A DNA stretch of 50,163 nucleotides. Origin: Dehalococcoidia bacterium. Lineage in GTDB: Bacteria > Chloroflexota > Dehalococcoidia > DSTF01 > JACRBR01. The notes under the pieces were generated by a model. The model made no database searches. It saw nothing but the letters and a program-made list of their open reading frames with translations, and was not told where the DNA came from. The translations under genes were made by a program, and so were the position numbers. Position 1 is the first letter of the stretch. Each line of letters begins with the position of its first letter. Shown one piece after another: positions 16,307 through 26,222 of the stretch. The stretch is taken from contig JBGQBE010000021.1 of NCBI GenBank assembly GCA_041494685.1, positions 1-50,163 of the forward strand, in the 5' to 3' direction.

Positions 16307-19255
16307 GTGAGCGACTTCCGGGGCGACCGCGGACCGCTGGGGCCTCCGCCGATCGTGTTCCGCTTCCCCCAGGGGACCGACGGCGCCCGGCGGCTGGGCC
16401 GCTGGTGGCGATGGGCCGTGCTCGGAGCAGGCCTCGTCATCCTCTACATCGTCGCGAACGTCGGCAAGGACATCTACGCCGACCTCCTCTGGTTCGACAC
16501 CGTCGGCTACCGCTCCACCTACGTCGCCCGGATCACCACGCGCGTGTGGCTCTTTTTCGCGGGCGGTGGAGTCTTCCTGCTGCTCTTTCTGGCCAACGTC
16601 TGGCTGGCGCGGCGTCTCGCGCCCTCCGCCGATGACCCGGACTTCGACGTCAGCCCGGAATTGCGCGACGTGCTCCGCGAGTTGCAGTCGCCCGTTGCGC
16701 GGCGGATCGTTACCATCGCCGTGATCGTCATCGCCGCGCTGCTGTCGCTGGCATTCGCCTCCGCGGCCGCGGGACAGTGGCAGGACGTGCTGCTGGCGCG
16801 GCATGCGCAGTCGTTCGGCATCGACGACCCGCAGTTCCACAAGGACCTGGGGTTCTACGTCTTCAAGCTGCCGCTGTTCCAGTTCGCGTTGAACTGGCTG
16901 CTCGCCGCCCTCGTGCTGTCGGCCGTGGGCACGCTCGCGGTCTACGGCGTGCGCGCCGTCCTGTACGGCTTCCGCGTCGACGCGCCCCGGCCTATCGCCC
17001 GCAACGTCTTCAAGCTCGACGTCCCGCGCGGCATCAAGCTGCACGTGTCCGCGCTCGTGGTCGCGCTGCTGCTGGTGTGGATCGGGCGCTACTACCTCTC
17101 CACCTTCAGTCTCGTGTACTCCACCCAAGGCGTCGACCTCGGCGCGTTCTACACCGACATCCACGCGAACCTGCCCGTGCTCTACGCGTTGATGGCCGTC
17201 GCCGGCATCACCGCGGTGCTCGTAGTCGTCGGGATCTTCCGCGCCGGGCTCGTCCTGTCGCTCGGCGCGGTCGGCGTCTGGATCCTGCTCGCGATCGGCG
17301 GGGCGATCTACCCGGCGCTGGTCCAGAGCTTCATCGTGCAGCCCAACGAGATCTCGAAGGAAGAGCAGTATCTCGGACGCAACATCGCGATGACCCGCTA
17401 CGCGTACGGCCTGGACGCGGTCAGCGAGCAGCAGTTCCCGGCGAGCGCGCAGGCGACGGAGCAAGAAGTCGCCGCGAACCAGGACACGATCAACAACGTG
17501 CGGCTCTGGGACCCCGAGCCGCTGCGCGCTGCGCTCCGCCAGATCCAGACGATCCGCCCGCTCTTCGATTTCCTGGACGTCGACGTCGACCGCTACACCA
17601 TCGACGGCAAGTACAAGCAGGTGATGCTGAGCGCGCGCGAACTCGATCCCAGCCGGCTTCCCGCGGACGCGCAGACCTGGGTCAATTCCCGTCTCCAGTT
17701 CACACACGGATACGGCTACACCATAGCCGCGGTGAACGAGGCGCAGCCCGACGGGACGCCGAAGCTCATCGAGAGCGACATCCCGCTCCAGGGCCCGCTC
17801 ACCACGGACCGGCCGGAGCTGTACTTCGGCGAGCAGCTCGACCACTACATCATCGTGGACGGCAACGAACCCGAGTTCACACCCACCGGCACGGGCGAAA
17901 ACGTGCAGACGAAGTTCCAGGGCCAGGGCGGCGTGAAGCTCAGCAACCTGCTGCGCAAGGTTGTGTACGCCTGGAAGTTCGCCGACCGCAACATCCTCAT
18001 CTCGGGCGCCATCAACAGCAACAGCAGCATCATCTACCGGCGCAACATCCAGGAGCGCATCCACACGATCGCGCCGTTCCTCCAGCTCGACGCGGACCCG
18101 TACATGGTGGTGGATCAGGGCAACATGTACTGGATGCAGGACGCCTACACGACGACCGACCGCATCCCCTATTCTCACCGCACCGGCGGCGTCAACTACA
18201 TCCGCAACAGCGTGAAGATCGCCGTCAACGCATACTCGGGCGAGACCACGTTCTACGCGATGCAGCCCGACGAGCCGATCCTTAAGGCGTACATGGCTGT
18301 CTACCCGCACCTCTTCACGCCGGCGGATCAGATGCCGGCGACGCTGCAGGCGCACCTCCGCTACCCGGAGGATCTGTTCCGGCTGCAGACGCAAGCGTAC
18401 CTGCGCTACCACATCCAGGACGCGCGGCAGTTCTATCAGAAAGAAGATCAGTGGGATATCCCGACCGAGATCTTCGGCAGCAGCGAGCAGCGGGTGCGCC
18501 CGTACTACGTCATCGCGCGGATCCCGGGCGAGCAGAGCGAGGAGTTCATGCTGATCATGCCGTTCGTGCCGCTGAACCGCACGAATGCGATCTCGTGGCT
18601 GGCGGCGCGCTCCGACGGCGCAAACTACGGCAAACTCGTGTCCTTCCGCTTCCCGTCCAGCGAGAGCGTGCCGGGGCCGACGCAGGTGGAGCGCCGCATC
18701 GACTCCGACGGCCGCGTGTCGCAACAGCTGACGCTGTGGAACCAGTCCGGCTCGAAGGTGATCCGCGGCAACCTGTTGATGATCCCGATTGGCAGCGCCA
18801 ACCTCTTCTTCGAACCGCTCTACCTCTCCGCGTCCGGTGGCGGCAGCGAGATCCCGCAGCTCAAGCGCGTGGTCGTGGTCAACGGCGACAACATCGCCAT
18901 GGAGCCAACGCTCGCGCGCGCGATCGACGTACTGTTCGGCCGCGCCCAGCCCTCCGGTCTCGATAGCACCGGCGCCAGCGTCGCGACGCCGAGCGCCACC
19001 CCGAACGCCGGCGCCTCACCGCAGCCGACGCCCGCTACACCGGTGAGCACGCCTGCGGCGACCGCGACATCCGCCCCGATCAGCGGCGACGCGGCGTCGC
19101 TCGTCGCGCAGGCGCAGGCGTCATACGACCGCGCGCAGCAGCTGCTTCGCAACGGCGACTTCGCGGGCTACGGCGAGGAGATCGCGCGGCTCAAGGGAAT
19201 TCTCGACCGCCTGGCGCAGATCACCGGCGCGCCCGCCGCTACTCCCGCGCCGTAG
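16307..19255 (+). CDS. UPF0182 family membrane protein
   Basis: DLLWFDTVGY, DPQFHKDLGFYVF, NVRLWDPEP, DVDVDRY, FTHGYG, NYIRNSVK, HLRYPEDLF, VIRGNLL. Confidence 0.93.
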   Translation: MSDFRGDRGPLGPPPIVFRFPQGTDGARRLGRWWRWAVLGAGLVILYIVANVGKDIYADLLWFDTVGYRSTYVARITTRVWLFFAGGGVFLLLFLANVWLARRLAPSADDPDFDVSPELRDVLRELQSPVARRIVTIAVIVIAALLSLAFASAAAGQWQDVLLARHAQSFGIDDPQFHKDLGFYVFKLPLFQFALNWLLAALVLSAVGTLAVYGVRAVLYGFRVDAPRPIARNVFKLDVPRGIKLHVSALVVALLLVWIGRYYLSTFSLVYSTQGVDLGAFYTDIHANLPVLYALMAVAGITAVLVVVGIFRAGLVLSLGAVGVWILLAIGGAIYPALVQSFIVQPNEISKEEQYLGRNIAMTRYAYGLDAVSEQQFPASAQATEQEVAANQDTINNVRLWDPEPLRAALRQIQTIRPLFDFLDVDVDRYTIDGKYKQVMLSARELDPSRLPADAQTWVNSRLQFTHGYGYTIAAVNEAQPDGTPKLIESDIPLQGPLTTDRPELYFGEQLDHYIIVDGNEPEFTPTGTGENVQTKFQGQGGVKLSNLLRKVVYAWKFADRNILISGAINSNSSIIYRRNIQERIHTIAPFLQLDADPYMVVDQGNMYWMQDAYTTTDRIPYSHRTGGVNYIRNSVKIAVNAYSGETTFYAMQPDEPILKAYMAVYPHLFTPADQMPATLQAHLRYPEDLFRLQTQAYLRYHIQDARQFYQKEDQWDIPTEIFGSSEQRVRPYYVIARIPGEQSEEFMLIMPFVPLNRTNAISWLAARSDGANYGKLVSFRFPSSESVPGPTQVERRIDSDGRVSQQLTLWNQSGSKVIRGNLLMIPIGSANLFFEPLYLSASGGGSEIPQLKRVVVVNGDNIAMEPTLARAIDVLFGRAQPSGLDSTGASVATPSATPNAGASPQPTPATPVSTPAATATSAPISGDAASLVAQAQASYDRAQQLLRNGDFAGYGEEIARLKGILDRLAQITGAPAATPAP

Positions 19256-19261
19256 CGGACG

Positions 19262-20272
19262 CTAGGCACGATCGGATACGGCCGGGACCGGCTCGTCGGC
19301 GCTGGTGAGGTGCGGCACGCGCTGCGCCGGGATGATGCCCATCCGCCCGGCCTGGAAATCTTCGACGGCCTGGATAATCTCCTCGCGTGTGTTCATCACG
19401 AACGGCCCGTAGCGGGCGACCTGCTCGCGGATCGGCAGTCCGCCGAGCACCAGGATCTCCCAGCCCGCCGCGCTGCTGGCCGGCTGCCTGTCCGCCGCCC
19501 GCACCGCCAACGCGTCGCCGCTCCCGAACACGGCCAGCTGCCCTTCATCGAGCGGCCGCTGCTCCGTGCCGGCGTAGCCGCGCCCGGAGAGCACGTAGAC
19601 CAGGGCGTTGAAGTCGCGCGGCCACGGCAGTGTCAGGCGCGATCCCGGCGCGACGGTCGCGTGCAGGTACGTGATCGGCGTGTGCGTCATGCCGGGGCCG
19701 CGGTGGCCGTCGAGCTCGCCCGCGATGATGCGGACGATCGATGAGCCGTCATCGTTCGACAACAGCGCCACGTCGCGCGCCTCGATGTCCTGGTAGCGCG
19801 GCGCGAGCCACTTGGCCGAGCGCGGCAGGTTCACCCAGAGCTGGACGCCGTGAAACAGCCCGCCCGTCACGACGAGGCGTTCCGGCGGCTGCTCGATGTG
19901 CTGGATGCCGGCGCCGGCCGTCATCCACTGCGTCGCGCCGTCCGTGATCATGCCGCCGCCGCCCGTAGTGTCCTGATGCTCCAGCGCGCCGTCGATCATG
20001 TACGTGACGGTCTCGAAGCCGCGGTGCGGGTGCCACGACGTGCCCTTCGCTTCGCCGGGCGCGTACTCCACCGCGCCGATCTGGTCGAGCAGCAGGAACG
20101 GGTCGGCGAGCGACAGCTCCGCGCTGGGGAACGGCCGGCGCACCACGAAGCCTTCACCTTCCAACTGGCGATGCGCCGTGACGACGCTGGCAACAGGGCG
20201 CCACGCGGTCTCGCGCTCGGGCAACACCGTCAGTCGGGGAAGTTGCAGCGTGTCAGCGGTTACGGCGGGCAT
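19262..20272 (-). CDS. Pirin family protein
   Basis: [55 protein letters not shown]. Confidence 0.95.
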   Translation of the reverse strand: MPAVTADTLQLPRLTVLPERETAWRPVASVVTAHRQLEGEGFVVRRPFPSAELSLADPFLLLDQIGAVEYAPGEAKGTSWHPHRGFETVTYMIDGALEHQDTTGGGGMITDGATQWMTAGAGIQHIEQPPERLVVTGGLFHGVQLWVNLPRSAKWLAPRYQDIEARDVALLSNDDGSSIVRIIAGELDGHRGPGMTHTPITYLHATVAPGSRLTLPWPRDFNALVYVLSGRGYAGTEQRPLDEGQLAVFGSGDALAVRAADRQPASSAAGWEILVLGGLPIREQVARYGPFVMNTREEIIQAVEDFQAGRMGIIPAQRVPHLTSADEPVPAVSDRA

Positions 20273-20318
20273 AGCCCCTCCTGTTGCTCCAACCGGCCCG
20301 CGAGCGGGCGGCGGCCAT

Positions 20319-20345
20319 ATCATTGCACTTGCAACTATCGTAGCA
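20319..20345 (-). promoter_or_regulatory. Pirin promoter: extended -10 TGcTACGAT overlapping the palindrome ATAGTTGCAAGTGCAATGAT
   Basis: AT-rich imperfect palindrome TTGCA-N2-TGCAA (20323-20334) at the predicted transcription start. Confidence 0.55.
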
Positions 20346-20525
20346 CAGCCGGGCGCGGCGCCGCGAGCCACCGGCGCCTATCCGATCCCGTCAGGAGCAC
20401 TCGAGCTGCTCAAGGAAACTGAGGAGCGAGCCGCCGCTGTGCCATCGTGTGCGCGCCCGGACATGGGGCCGGTAGCGCTGCGCGTCCCGGCTGCTTCGTG
20501 TTATGTAGAGATGTGCCGGGCTCCG

Positions 20526-21422
20526 CTACGCGGAGTTCGCAGCCACACCTGCCCAGAACTCGCGCAATCGCGCTGCTTCCGCCAGGCCCTGCCGGCGGCC
20601 AGCCTCGACCACCTGCTCTCGCCGCGTGAAGTCCATCAGGTTCAGGCCGAACGACTGCAGCGACGCCTCGTCCGACTCGATCAATTCCACCCTGCTGCCA
20701 CCTTCGCGGAGGACGGTGATCTCACCCTCGATCTGCCGCCTCATCGCCTCCGCGATCGCCGGCACAGCGTTGATGCCCGGCATCGCCACCGAGACGATCA
20801 GTACGATGTCGTAGCCCCGCGCCACGTCGGCATTCGTCGACGAGCGGATCCCGCCATCGACGTAGCGGCGGCCGTTGATCGTCACCGGCGGGTAGATGCC
20901 CGGCACGGCGCAACTCGAAGCGACGGCACGGTCGAGCGCCACGCCCGCGGCCCCGTCCCAAGCGACGAACGCGCCGGTAGCCGCGTCCACCGCGGTGCAG
21001 ACGAAGCGTCGGCCAGGCCAGAGGTCCGCGGTCATGCCCGGCATGCGACGGAACGTGTCGAGCCACTCATCCTCGCTGATCGTGTCGGTCGCCAGAGCGA
21101 AGGCGCCGAGGTCTGCGCGCACCTTCTCCGGCGGCTCGGTGGACGTGAAGAGCTGCATGAACTGCTGGAGCAGCGCCGCGAAGTCCACCGGCTTCTGGGA
21201 CGGGTGGCTCGCGTCGTCAAGACTCGCGTACTGCGCGATGATGTCATCGGGCGCGTTGCCGGACGCAAGTTGCGCCCCCACGGCCGATCCTGCCGACGTG
21301 CCGACGAAGAGATCCGCGTCGCGAAGCCGGACGCCAGCGCGCTCCAGCCCGGCCGCCAGCCCCAGCTCCCACGCGATCCCGACGGGACCGCCCCCTCCAA
21401 GCACAACCGCTCGCGTCGCCAT
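20526..21422 (-). CDS. Patatin-like phospholipase
   Basis: VLGGGG, GTSAG, ASSCAVPG, DGG; GGAGG SD. Confidence 0.93.
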   Translation of the reverse strand: MATRAVVLGGGGPVGIAWELGLAAGLERAGVRLRDADLFVGTSAGSAVGAQLASGNAPDDIIAQYASLDDASHPSQKPVDFAALLQQFMQLFTSTEPPEKVRADLGAFALATDTISEDEWLDTFRRMPGMTADLWPGRRFVCTAVDAATGAFVAWDGAAGVALDRAVASSCAVPGIYPPVTINGRRYVDGGIRSSTNADVARGYDIVLIVSVAMPGINAVPAIAEAMRRQIEGEITVLREGGSRVELIESDEASLQSFGLNLMDFTRREQVVEAGRRQGLAEAARLREFWAGVAANSA

Positions 21423-21470
21423 ATCGCCTCCATGTGCGCTGGTCGCCCGATTCAGAACCCCGCGCAAACC

Positions 21471-21537
21471 AGTGTACGCCGGGCCGGCGGGAAGCTCACG
21501 GGGCTACCCGGCCCGGATCGGCGATGCCGGACGGCCC
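21471..21537. promoter_or_regulatory. Boxes GGGCTACCCGGCCC (21501) and ATGCCGGACGGCCC (21524) in a divergent region; minus-strand -10 TACACT at 21471-21476
   Basis: Near-consensus palindromes 23 bp apart between patatin and the APH/AAA gene. Confidence 0.4.
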
Positions 21538-21663
21538 TCGCAGGACGCGCGGGAGGCTGTCCGGCTCTACCGCCTGGACCTGCGCCGGCGGTACGATCCA
21601 TGGAACTGGCGAACGCGTATGCGAGCGCCGAGAGCTGCATCCGCCCGTTGGCGGGGCGCATCG

Positions 21664-23280
21664 ATGGACGAACCATCTCACGCGGCACGCTTCTCCCAGG
21701 ACGACGTGGTGCGGTCGCTCCGGCGCGCAGCCGCCTACCCGCACGCGGCCGGCACCGTCACGCACATCGAGACGCACGCGTCGCACGTGCTGCTGGCCGG
21801 CGAGTTCGCCTACAAGATCAAGAAACCGGTCTCGTTCGGCTTTCTCGACTACACCATCCTAGAAGAGCGGCGACGCCTCTGCGAGGAGGAGGTGCGCCTG
21901 AACAGGCGGCTCTGCGACGATGTCTACCTGGGCGTGGTGCCGGTCGTCCGGCACGCCGGGGACGTCGTCATCGGCGGCGACGGCGAGGTCGCGGAGTACG
22001 CGGTGCAGATGCGACGCATCGAGCCCGGCGCGTTCCTCTCCGACATGATTGCCCGCGACGCCGCCACGCCAGCGCACATCCATGCCGTGGCGAGGAGGCT
22101 CGCCGCGTTCCATCGTTCGGCGGCAACGAGCGCGGCGATCGCCACGCACGGCCGGCGCGAAGCGGTGTGGCGCAACTGCGACGAGAACTTCGAGCAGACG
22201 CGCGAATGCGTCGGACGAACCCTGTCTGCGGCACGGATCGACCACATCCGCTCCTACGCCGAGCGCTGGCTGCGCGACAACACGGCGCTCGTAGAACAGC
22301 GAGCAGACGCGGGACATGTCCGCGAGGTGCACGGCGACCTCCGCTCGGACGCCGTCGTCATCGGTCCGGGCGGCGGCATCTGCATCATGGACTGCATCGA
22401 GTTTAGCGATCGCTTCCGCTGCGGCGACGTCGCCGGCGACGTCGCATTCCTGGCCATGGACCTCGAGTTTCGCGGGCGCCGTGACCTCGCGGACGAGTTC
22501 GTCGCGGCGTACCTAGCGGACGCCGGCGACGACACGCTGCCCGTCGTACTCGACTTCTACCGCTGCTATCGCGCGTACGTCCGCGGCAAGGTCGAGTGGC
22601 TGGCCCGGCGCCAGTCGCAAGACGCGGAGTACCGCGCCGCCGCGGACGCGCGCGGCGCTCGCTACTTCGAGCTGGCGGAGTCGTACGCGTCGCCTCCACC
22701 CGCCCCGCGGCTCGTCCTCATGGCGGGGCTCTCGGCGAGCGGGAAGACATTCGTAGCAGGGGCGCTCGCCGCACGGATCGGCGCCGTCGTGCTGAGCACC
22801 GACCGGCTGCGCCGGGCGGCGCTGGAGCTGCCACAAGACACCCCGCTGAAATCCGCGGCCAACGAGGGCGCCTACACGCCGCAACAGCGCTCGCTGGTCT
22901 ACGCCAGGATGCTGCAGGAGGCCCGCGCGCACCTGGCGCTCGGCCGCCCGGTCATCCTGGACGCGACGCACGCTGCGCGTGCGTCGCGGACGCAGGCGCG
23001 CGCGCTCGCGGACGAGCCGGGGATCCCGTTCTTCGCGCTGGAGGTGGTGGCCGGCGATGAGATCGTGCGGGCGCGCCTTCTCGAGCGCTCGCAGCAGCCG
23101 ACAGCAGCGTCTGATGCCGACTGGGACGTGTACGTGGCACAGAAGGCGCGCTTCGAACCGCTGGATGAGATCCCGGGGCCACAGCGCATGCGGGTCGATG
23201 GTTCAGCCCCGCTCACGTCCAGCGTCGATGCGATCCTGCTCCGCCTCAAGCCGGCAAGCGCGCGGGCGCTCGCGCCGTGA
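21664..23280 (+). CDS. Bifunctional APH-like kinase / AAA_33 P-loop protein (Rv2004c-like)
   Basis: IETHASHV, AYKIKKPV, EEVRLNRRL, HGDLR, DCIEF, DVAFLAMDL; GLSASGKT; SDAD. Confidence 0.9.
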   Translation: MDEPSHAARFSQDDVVRSLRRAAAYPHAAGTVTHIETHASHVLLAGEFAYKIKKPVSFGFLDYTILEERRRLCEEEVRLNRRLCDDVYLGVVPVVRHAGDVVIGGDGEVAEYAVQMRRIEPGAFLSDMIARDAATPAHIHAVARRLAAFHRSAATSAAIATHGRREAVWRNCDENFEQTRECVGRTLSAARIDHIRSYAERWLRDNTALVEQRADAGHVREVHGDLRSDAVVIGPGGGICIMDCIEFSDRFRCGDVAGDVAFLAMDLEFRGRRDLADEFVAAYLADAGDDTLPVVLDFYRCYRAYVRGKVEWLARRQSQDAEYRAAADARGARYFELAESYASPPPAPRLVLMAGLSASGKTFVAGALAARIGAVVLSTDRLRRAALELPQDTPLKSAANEGAYTPQQRSLVYARMLQEARAHLALGRPVILDATHAARASRTQARALADEPGIPFFALEVVAGDEIVRARLLERSQQPTAASDADWDVYVAQKARFEPLDEIPGPQRMRVDGSAPLTSSVDAILLRLKPASARALAP

Positions 23281-23376
23281 GACGGCGACCATCCGTGTGT
23301 CGGGCGCTCGCCGACACTACGTCGAGCGCGCAGCACTCCCGTGCACGTACAATGCCGCTGGAGATCAGGAGGCCTC

Positions 23377-24474
23377 GTGGGCGTCCGGTTCGATCAGGTC
23401 AGTAAACGCTTCGGCGACGTGATCGCCCTCGCCGACTTCTCCCTCGAAGTCGAGGACGGCGAGTTCATGGTGCTGCTCGGCCCCTCCGGCTGCGGCAAGA
23501 CCACCGCGCTCCGCATCCTCGCCGGGCTCGAAGAGCCCAGCGGCGGCGACGTCTACATCGACGGCCGCGACGTGACCGATCTCGCCCCGCAGGACCGCGA
23601 TATCGCGATGGTGTTCCAGAACTACGCGCTCTACCCGCACATGAGCGTGTACGACAACATCGCCTTCGGACTCCGCATGCGGCACATTCCCCGCCACGAG
23701 CTGGACAGCCTGGTGCGCGAGGCCGCCGCCATGCTCGGGCTGCAGGACCTGCTGAAGCGCAGACCGGGGCAACTTTCCGGTGGGCAGCGCCAGCGCGTGG
23801 CATTAGGCCGCGCCATCGTCCGGCGACCCAAGGCGTTTCTGATGGACGAGCCGCTATCGAATCTCGATGCCAAGCTGCGCGCGCAGACACGGATCGAGTT
23901 GATCCGGCTCCACCGCACGCTCCAGACCACAGCCGTATACGTGACCCACGACCAGATCGAGGCGATGACGATGGGCCAGCGCATCGCCGTGATGGATGGC
24001 GGCATGCTGCAGCAGGTGGGCTCGCCGCAGGACATCTACGAGCGCCCTGCCAACCTCTTTGTCGCGGAGTTCATCGGCACACCGGCGATGTCGTTCTTCC
24101 GCGGGCCGCTCCGCGACTCGGCGGCCGGCGTAACGGTCGATACGCCATTGATCTCGTTCGCACTGGACCCGGCGCAGGCGTCCGTGGCCCGTACCACCAG
24201 TGCGGCAGAGGTAGTCGTCGGCGTCAGGCCGGAGCACATCGAACTGGCAGTGGAGCACGCAGACCGCGCCGCCGCGGCCAGGTTCGACGCGCAGGTCGAC
24301 GTCGTCGAACTGCTCGGCAACGAGATCCACGCCACGTTGCTGATCGATGGCCGAAGCATCGTCTGCCGGCTCGACGCCGACCAGGTCGTGCGGCAGGGCG
24401 CGACGGAGCGTTTCCAGATCGCGCCGCCGCACCTGCTGCTGTTCGATCCCGCCACCAGCAGGAGGCTCGAATGA
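23377..24474 (+). CDS. ugpC: ABC transporter ATP-binding subunit (UgpC/MalK family)
   Basis: [41 protein letters not shown]; -10 TACAAT at 23348. Confidence 0.9.
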   Translation: MGVRFDQVSKRFGDVIALADFSLEVEDGEFMVLLGPSGCGKTTALRILAGLEEPSGGDVYIDGRDVTDLAPQDRDIAMVFQNYALYPHMSVYDNIAFGLRMRHIPRHELDSLVREAAAMLGLQDLLKRRPGQLSGGQRQRVALGRAIVRRPKAFLMDEPLSNLDAKLRAQTRIELIRLHRTLQTTAVYVTHDQIEAMTMGQRIAVMDGGMLQQVGSPQDIYERPANLFVAEFIGTPAMSFFRGPLRDSAAGVTVDTPLISFALDPAQASVARTTSAAEVVVGVRPEHIELAVEHADRAAAARFDAQVDVVELLGNEIHATLLIDGRSIVCRLDADQVVRQGATERFQIAPPHLLLFDPATSRRLE

Positions 24475-25379
24475 CAGTCGCCGCAGCGCGCCCTCGGCGT
24501 CGATCTCCGTGGCTCCGGCAGTCGCTGGCAGCGGCGCCGTTCGTATTGCCGTCGCTGGCGCTGTTCTGCGTGTTCGTGTTCTACCCGCTCGTACGGTCCA
24601 TCTGGCTCGGCTTTCACGCCACCGACCCGTTCGGCCGCCGCGAAGTGTGGGTCGGCATCGACCAGTACCGCGACGTGCTGACGTCGTCGGACTTTCGGCA
24701 CAGCCTGATCGTGACGGGCCAATTCGCGTTGTACACGGTCATCGGCTCCACGGGACTCGGACTCTACCTCGCGCTGCTGGTCCACAGGCGGCTGCCCGGC
24801 ATCATCCTGTTCCGCACCGTATTCACGTCGACGGTCGCATCCTCGGTCGCCGTCTCGTCTGTGATGTGGCTGCTGCTGCTGAACCCCGGTGTGGGCGTGT
24901 TGAACTATGTGCTGGGCCAGGGCGGCGTCCCGGCGGCGAACTGGCTGACCGACCCGAAGTGGGCGCTGCCCGCGATCGCGATGACGACGGTGTGGATGAA
25001 CGTCGGGCTCGCCACGATCGTGATCCTGGCGGGATTGCAGAATATCCCCGAGGAGTTGTACGAGAGCGCGCGCGTCGATGGCGCCGGCCCCTGGAGCCAG
25101 TTCGTGCACGTCACGCTGCCGGCGCTGTCGCCGACCCTGCTGTTCGTCTCCACCGTCGGCGTGATCTTCGCGTTCCAGTCGTTCGGACAGATCGACATCC
25201 TCACGAAAGGCGGGCCGCTCGACTCGACCACGGTGATCGTCTATTCGATCTATCGCGAAGCGTTCCTGCACTACAACGTGGGGCTGGCGTCCGCGCAGGC
25301 GGTCGTGCTGTTCGTCATCGTCCTGTTGCTGACGATGGTGCAATTCATTGCGGCGCAACGCTGGGTGTTTTACCGATGA
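24471..25379 (+). CDS. ugpA: Carbohydrate ABC permease (UgpA-like)
   Basis: TM helices; EAA loop LAGLQNIPEELYESARVDGA. Confidence 0.85.
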   Translation: MTVAAARPRRRSPWLRQSLAAAPFVLPSLALFCVFVFYPLVRSIWLGFHATDPFGRREVWVGIDQYRDVLTSSDFRHSLIVTGQFALYTVIGSTGLGLYLALLVHRRLPGIILFRTVFTSTVASSVAVSSVMWLLLLNPGVGVLNYVLGQGGVPAANWLTDPKWALPAIAMTTVWMNVGLATIVILAGLQNIPEELYESARVDGAGPWSQFVHVTLPALSPTLLFVSTVGVIFAFQSFGQIDILTKGGPLDSTTVIVYSIYREAFLHYNVGLASAQAVVLFVIVLLLTMVQFIAAQRWVFYR

Positions 25380-26221
25380 AACGAACAGCGATGCGGATGG
25401 CATTCAAGTTCGTGGCGAGCGTGCCCGTCTATGCGCTGCTGATGGCATCCGCCGCGGTCATCCTGTTCCCCCTCTACATGACGGTCGTCGACAGCCTGCA
25501 GCCGGTGACGAAGCTGCTGACGTATCCGCCAGACTTCTGGCCGCACTCGCCCCAGTGGTCCAACTACCGCGCCGCGTTCACCGATATTCCGATGCCCCGC
25601 TACATGCTCAACAGCCTGATCATGGCCACAGTGATCACATCGGGGCAGATCGTGACGTCGATCCTCGCGGCGTACGCGTTCTCGTTCGTCCGCTTCCCGG
25701 GGCGCACGCTGATCTTCTTCGTCTTTCTGTCGACGATGATGGTGCCGTGGGAGGCGTCGATCATCCCGAACTTCCAGATCGTCCAGCGCCTGAACTGGCT
25801 CGACACGTACCAGGGGCTGACCGTGCCCTTCCTGGCGACGGCGTTCGGCACGTTCCTGCTGCGCCAGCAGTTCATGACACTGCCGGCCGAGCTCAAGGAC
25901 GCGGCCGATATCGACGGCTACGGCAACATGCGATTCCTGTTCTTCGTCGTGATACCGCTTTCGCGCGCGGCGATCGCGACGCTCGCGGTCTTCAGCTTCC
26001 TCCAGTCCTGGAACCAGTACCTGTGGCCGCTCCTGATCACGAATGATCCGCACATGCGCACGGTGCAGATCGGCATCGCGTCGTTGCAAGACCAGGAGGT
26101 GCAACGCACGAACGTCGTGCTGGCGGGCACGGTCATGGCCCTGCTGCCGATGCTGTTCCTCGTCGTGGCCTTCCAGCGCTTCCTGGTGCGAGGGCTCACG
26201 GCGGGCGCCGTGAAGGGCTGA
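25376..26221 (+). CDS. ugpE: Carbohydrate ABC permease (UgpE-like)
   Basis: ATAFGTFLLRQQF, ELKDAADIDG, WNQYLWPL; ATGA overlap with the upstream gene. Confidence 0.85.
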   Translation: MKRTAMRMAFKFVASVPVYALLMASAAVILFPLYMTVVDSLQPVTKLLTYPPDFWPHSPQWSNYRAAFTDIPMPRYMLNSLIMATVITSGQIVTSILAAYAFSFVRFPGRTLIFFVFLSTMMVPWEASIIPNFQIVQRLNWLDTYQGLTVPFLATAFGTFLLRQQFMTLPAELKDAADIDGYGNMRFLFFVVIPLSRAAIATLAVFSFLQSWNQYLWPLLITNDPHMRTVQIGIASLQDQEVQRTNVVLAGTVMALLPMLFLVVAFQRFLVRGLTAGAVKG

Positions 26222-26222
26222 G

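Noticed and set aside
15062..18724. 1220-aa antisense ORF and many other long overlapping ORFs (e.g. 1701-3845, 19998-22406, 48516-50093)
   Set aside because: Shadow ORFs caused by high GC; they overlap well-supported genes and have no motifs.
18960..19090. Quasi-repeats encoding Pro/Thr/Ala in UPF0182 (also the E2 linker near 32030-32110)
   Set aside because: Ordinary flexible linkers, not DNA repeat arrays or CRISPR.
21664..23280. Possible aminoglycoside resistance gene
   Set aside because: The APH-like fold fused to AAA_33 is the widespread Rv2004c-type family; the sequence gives no evidence of a resistance role.
23297..23317. Hairpin GTGTCGG-N7-CCGACAC after the APH/AAA gene
   Set aside because: Short GC stem without a U-tract; cannot be supported as a terminator.
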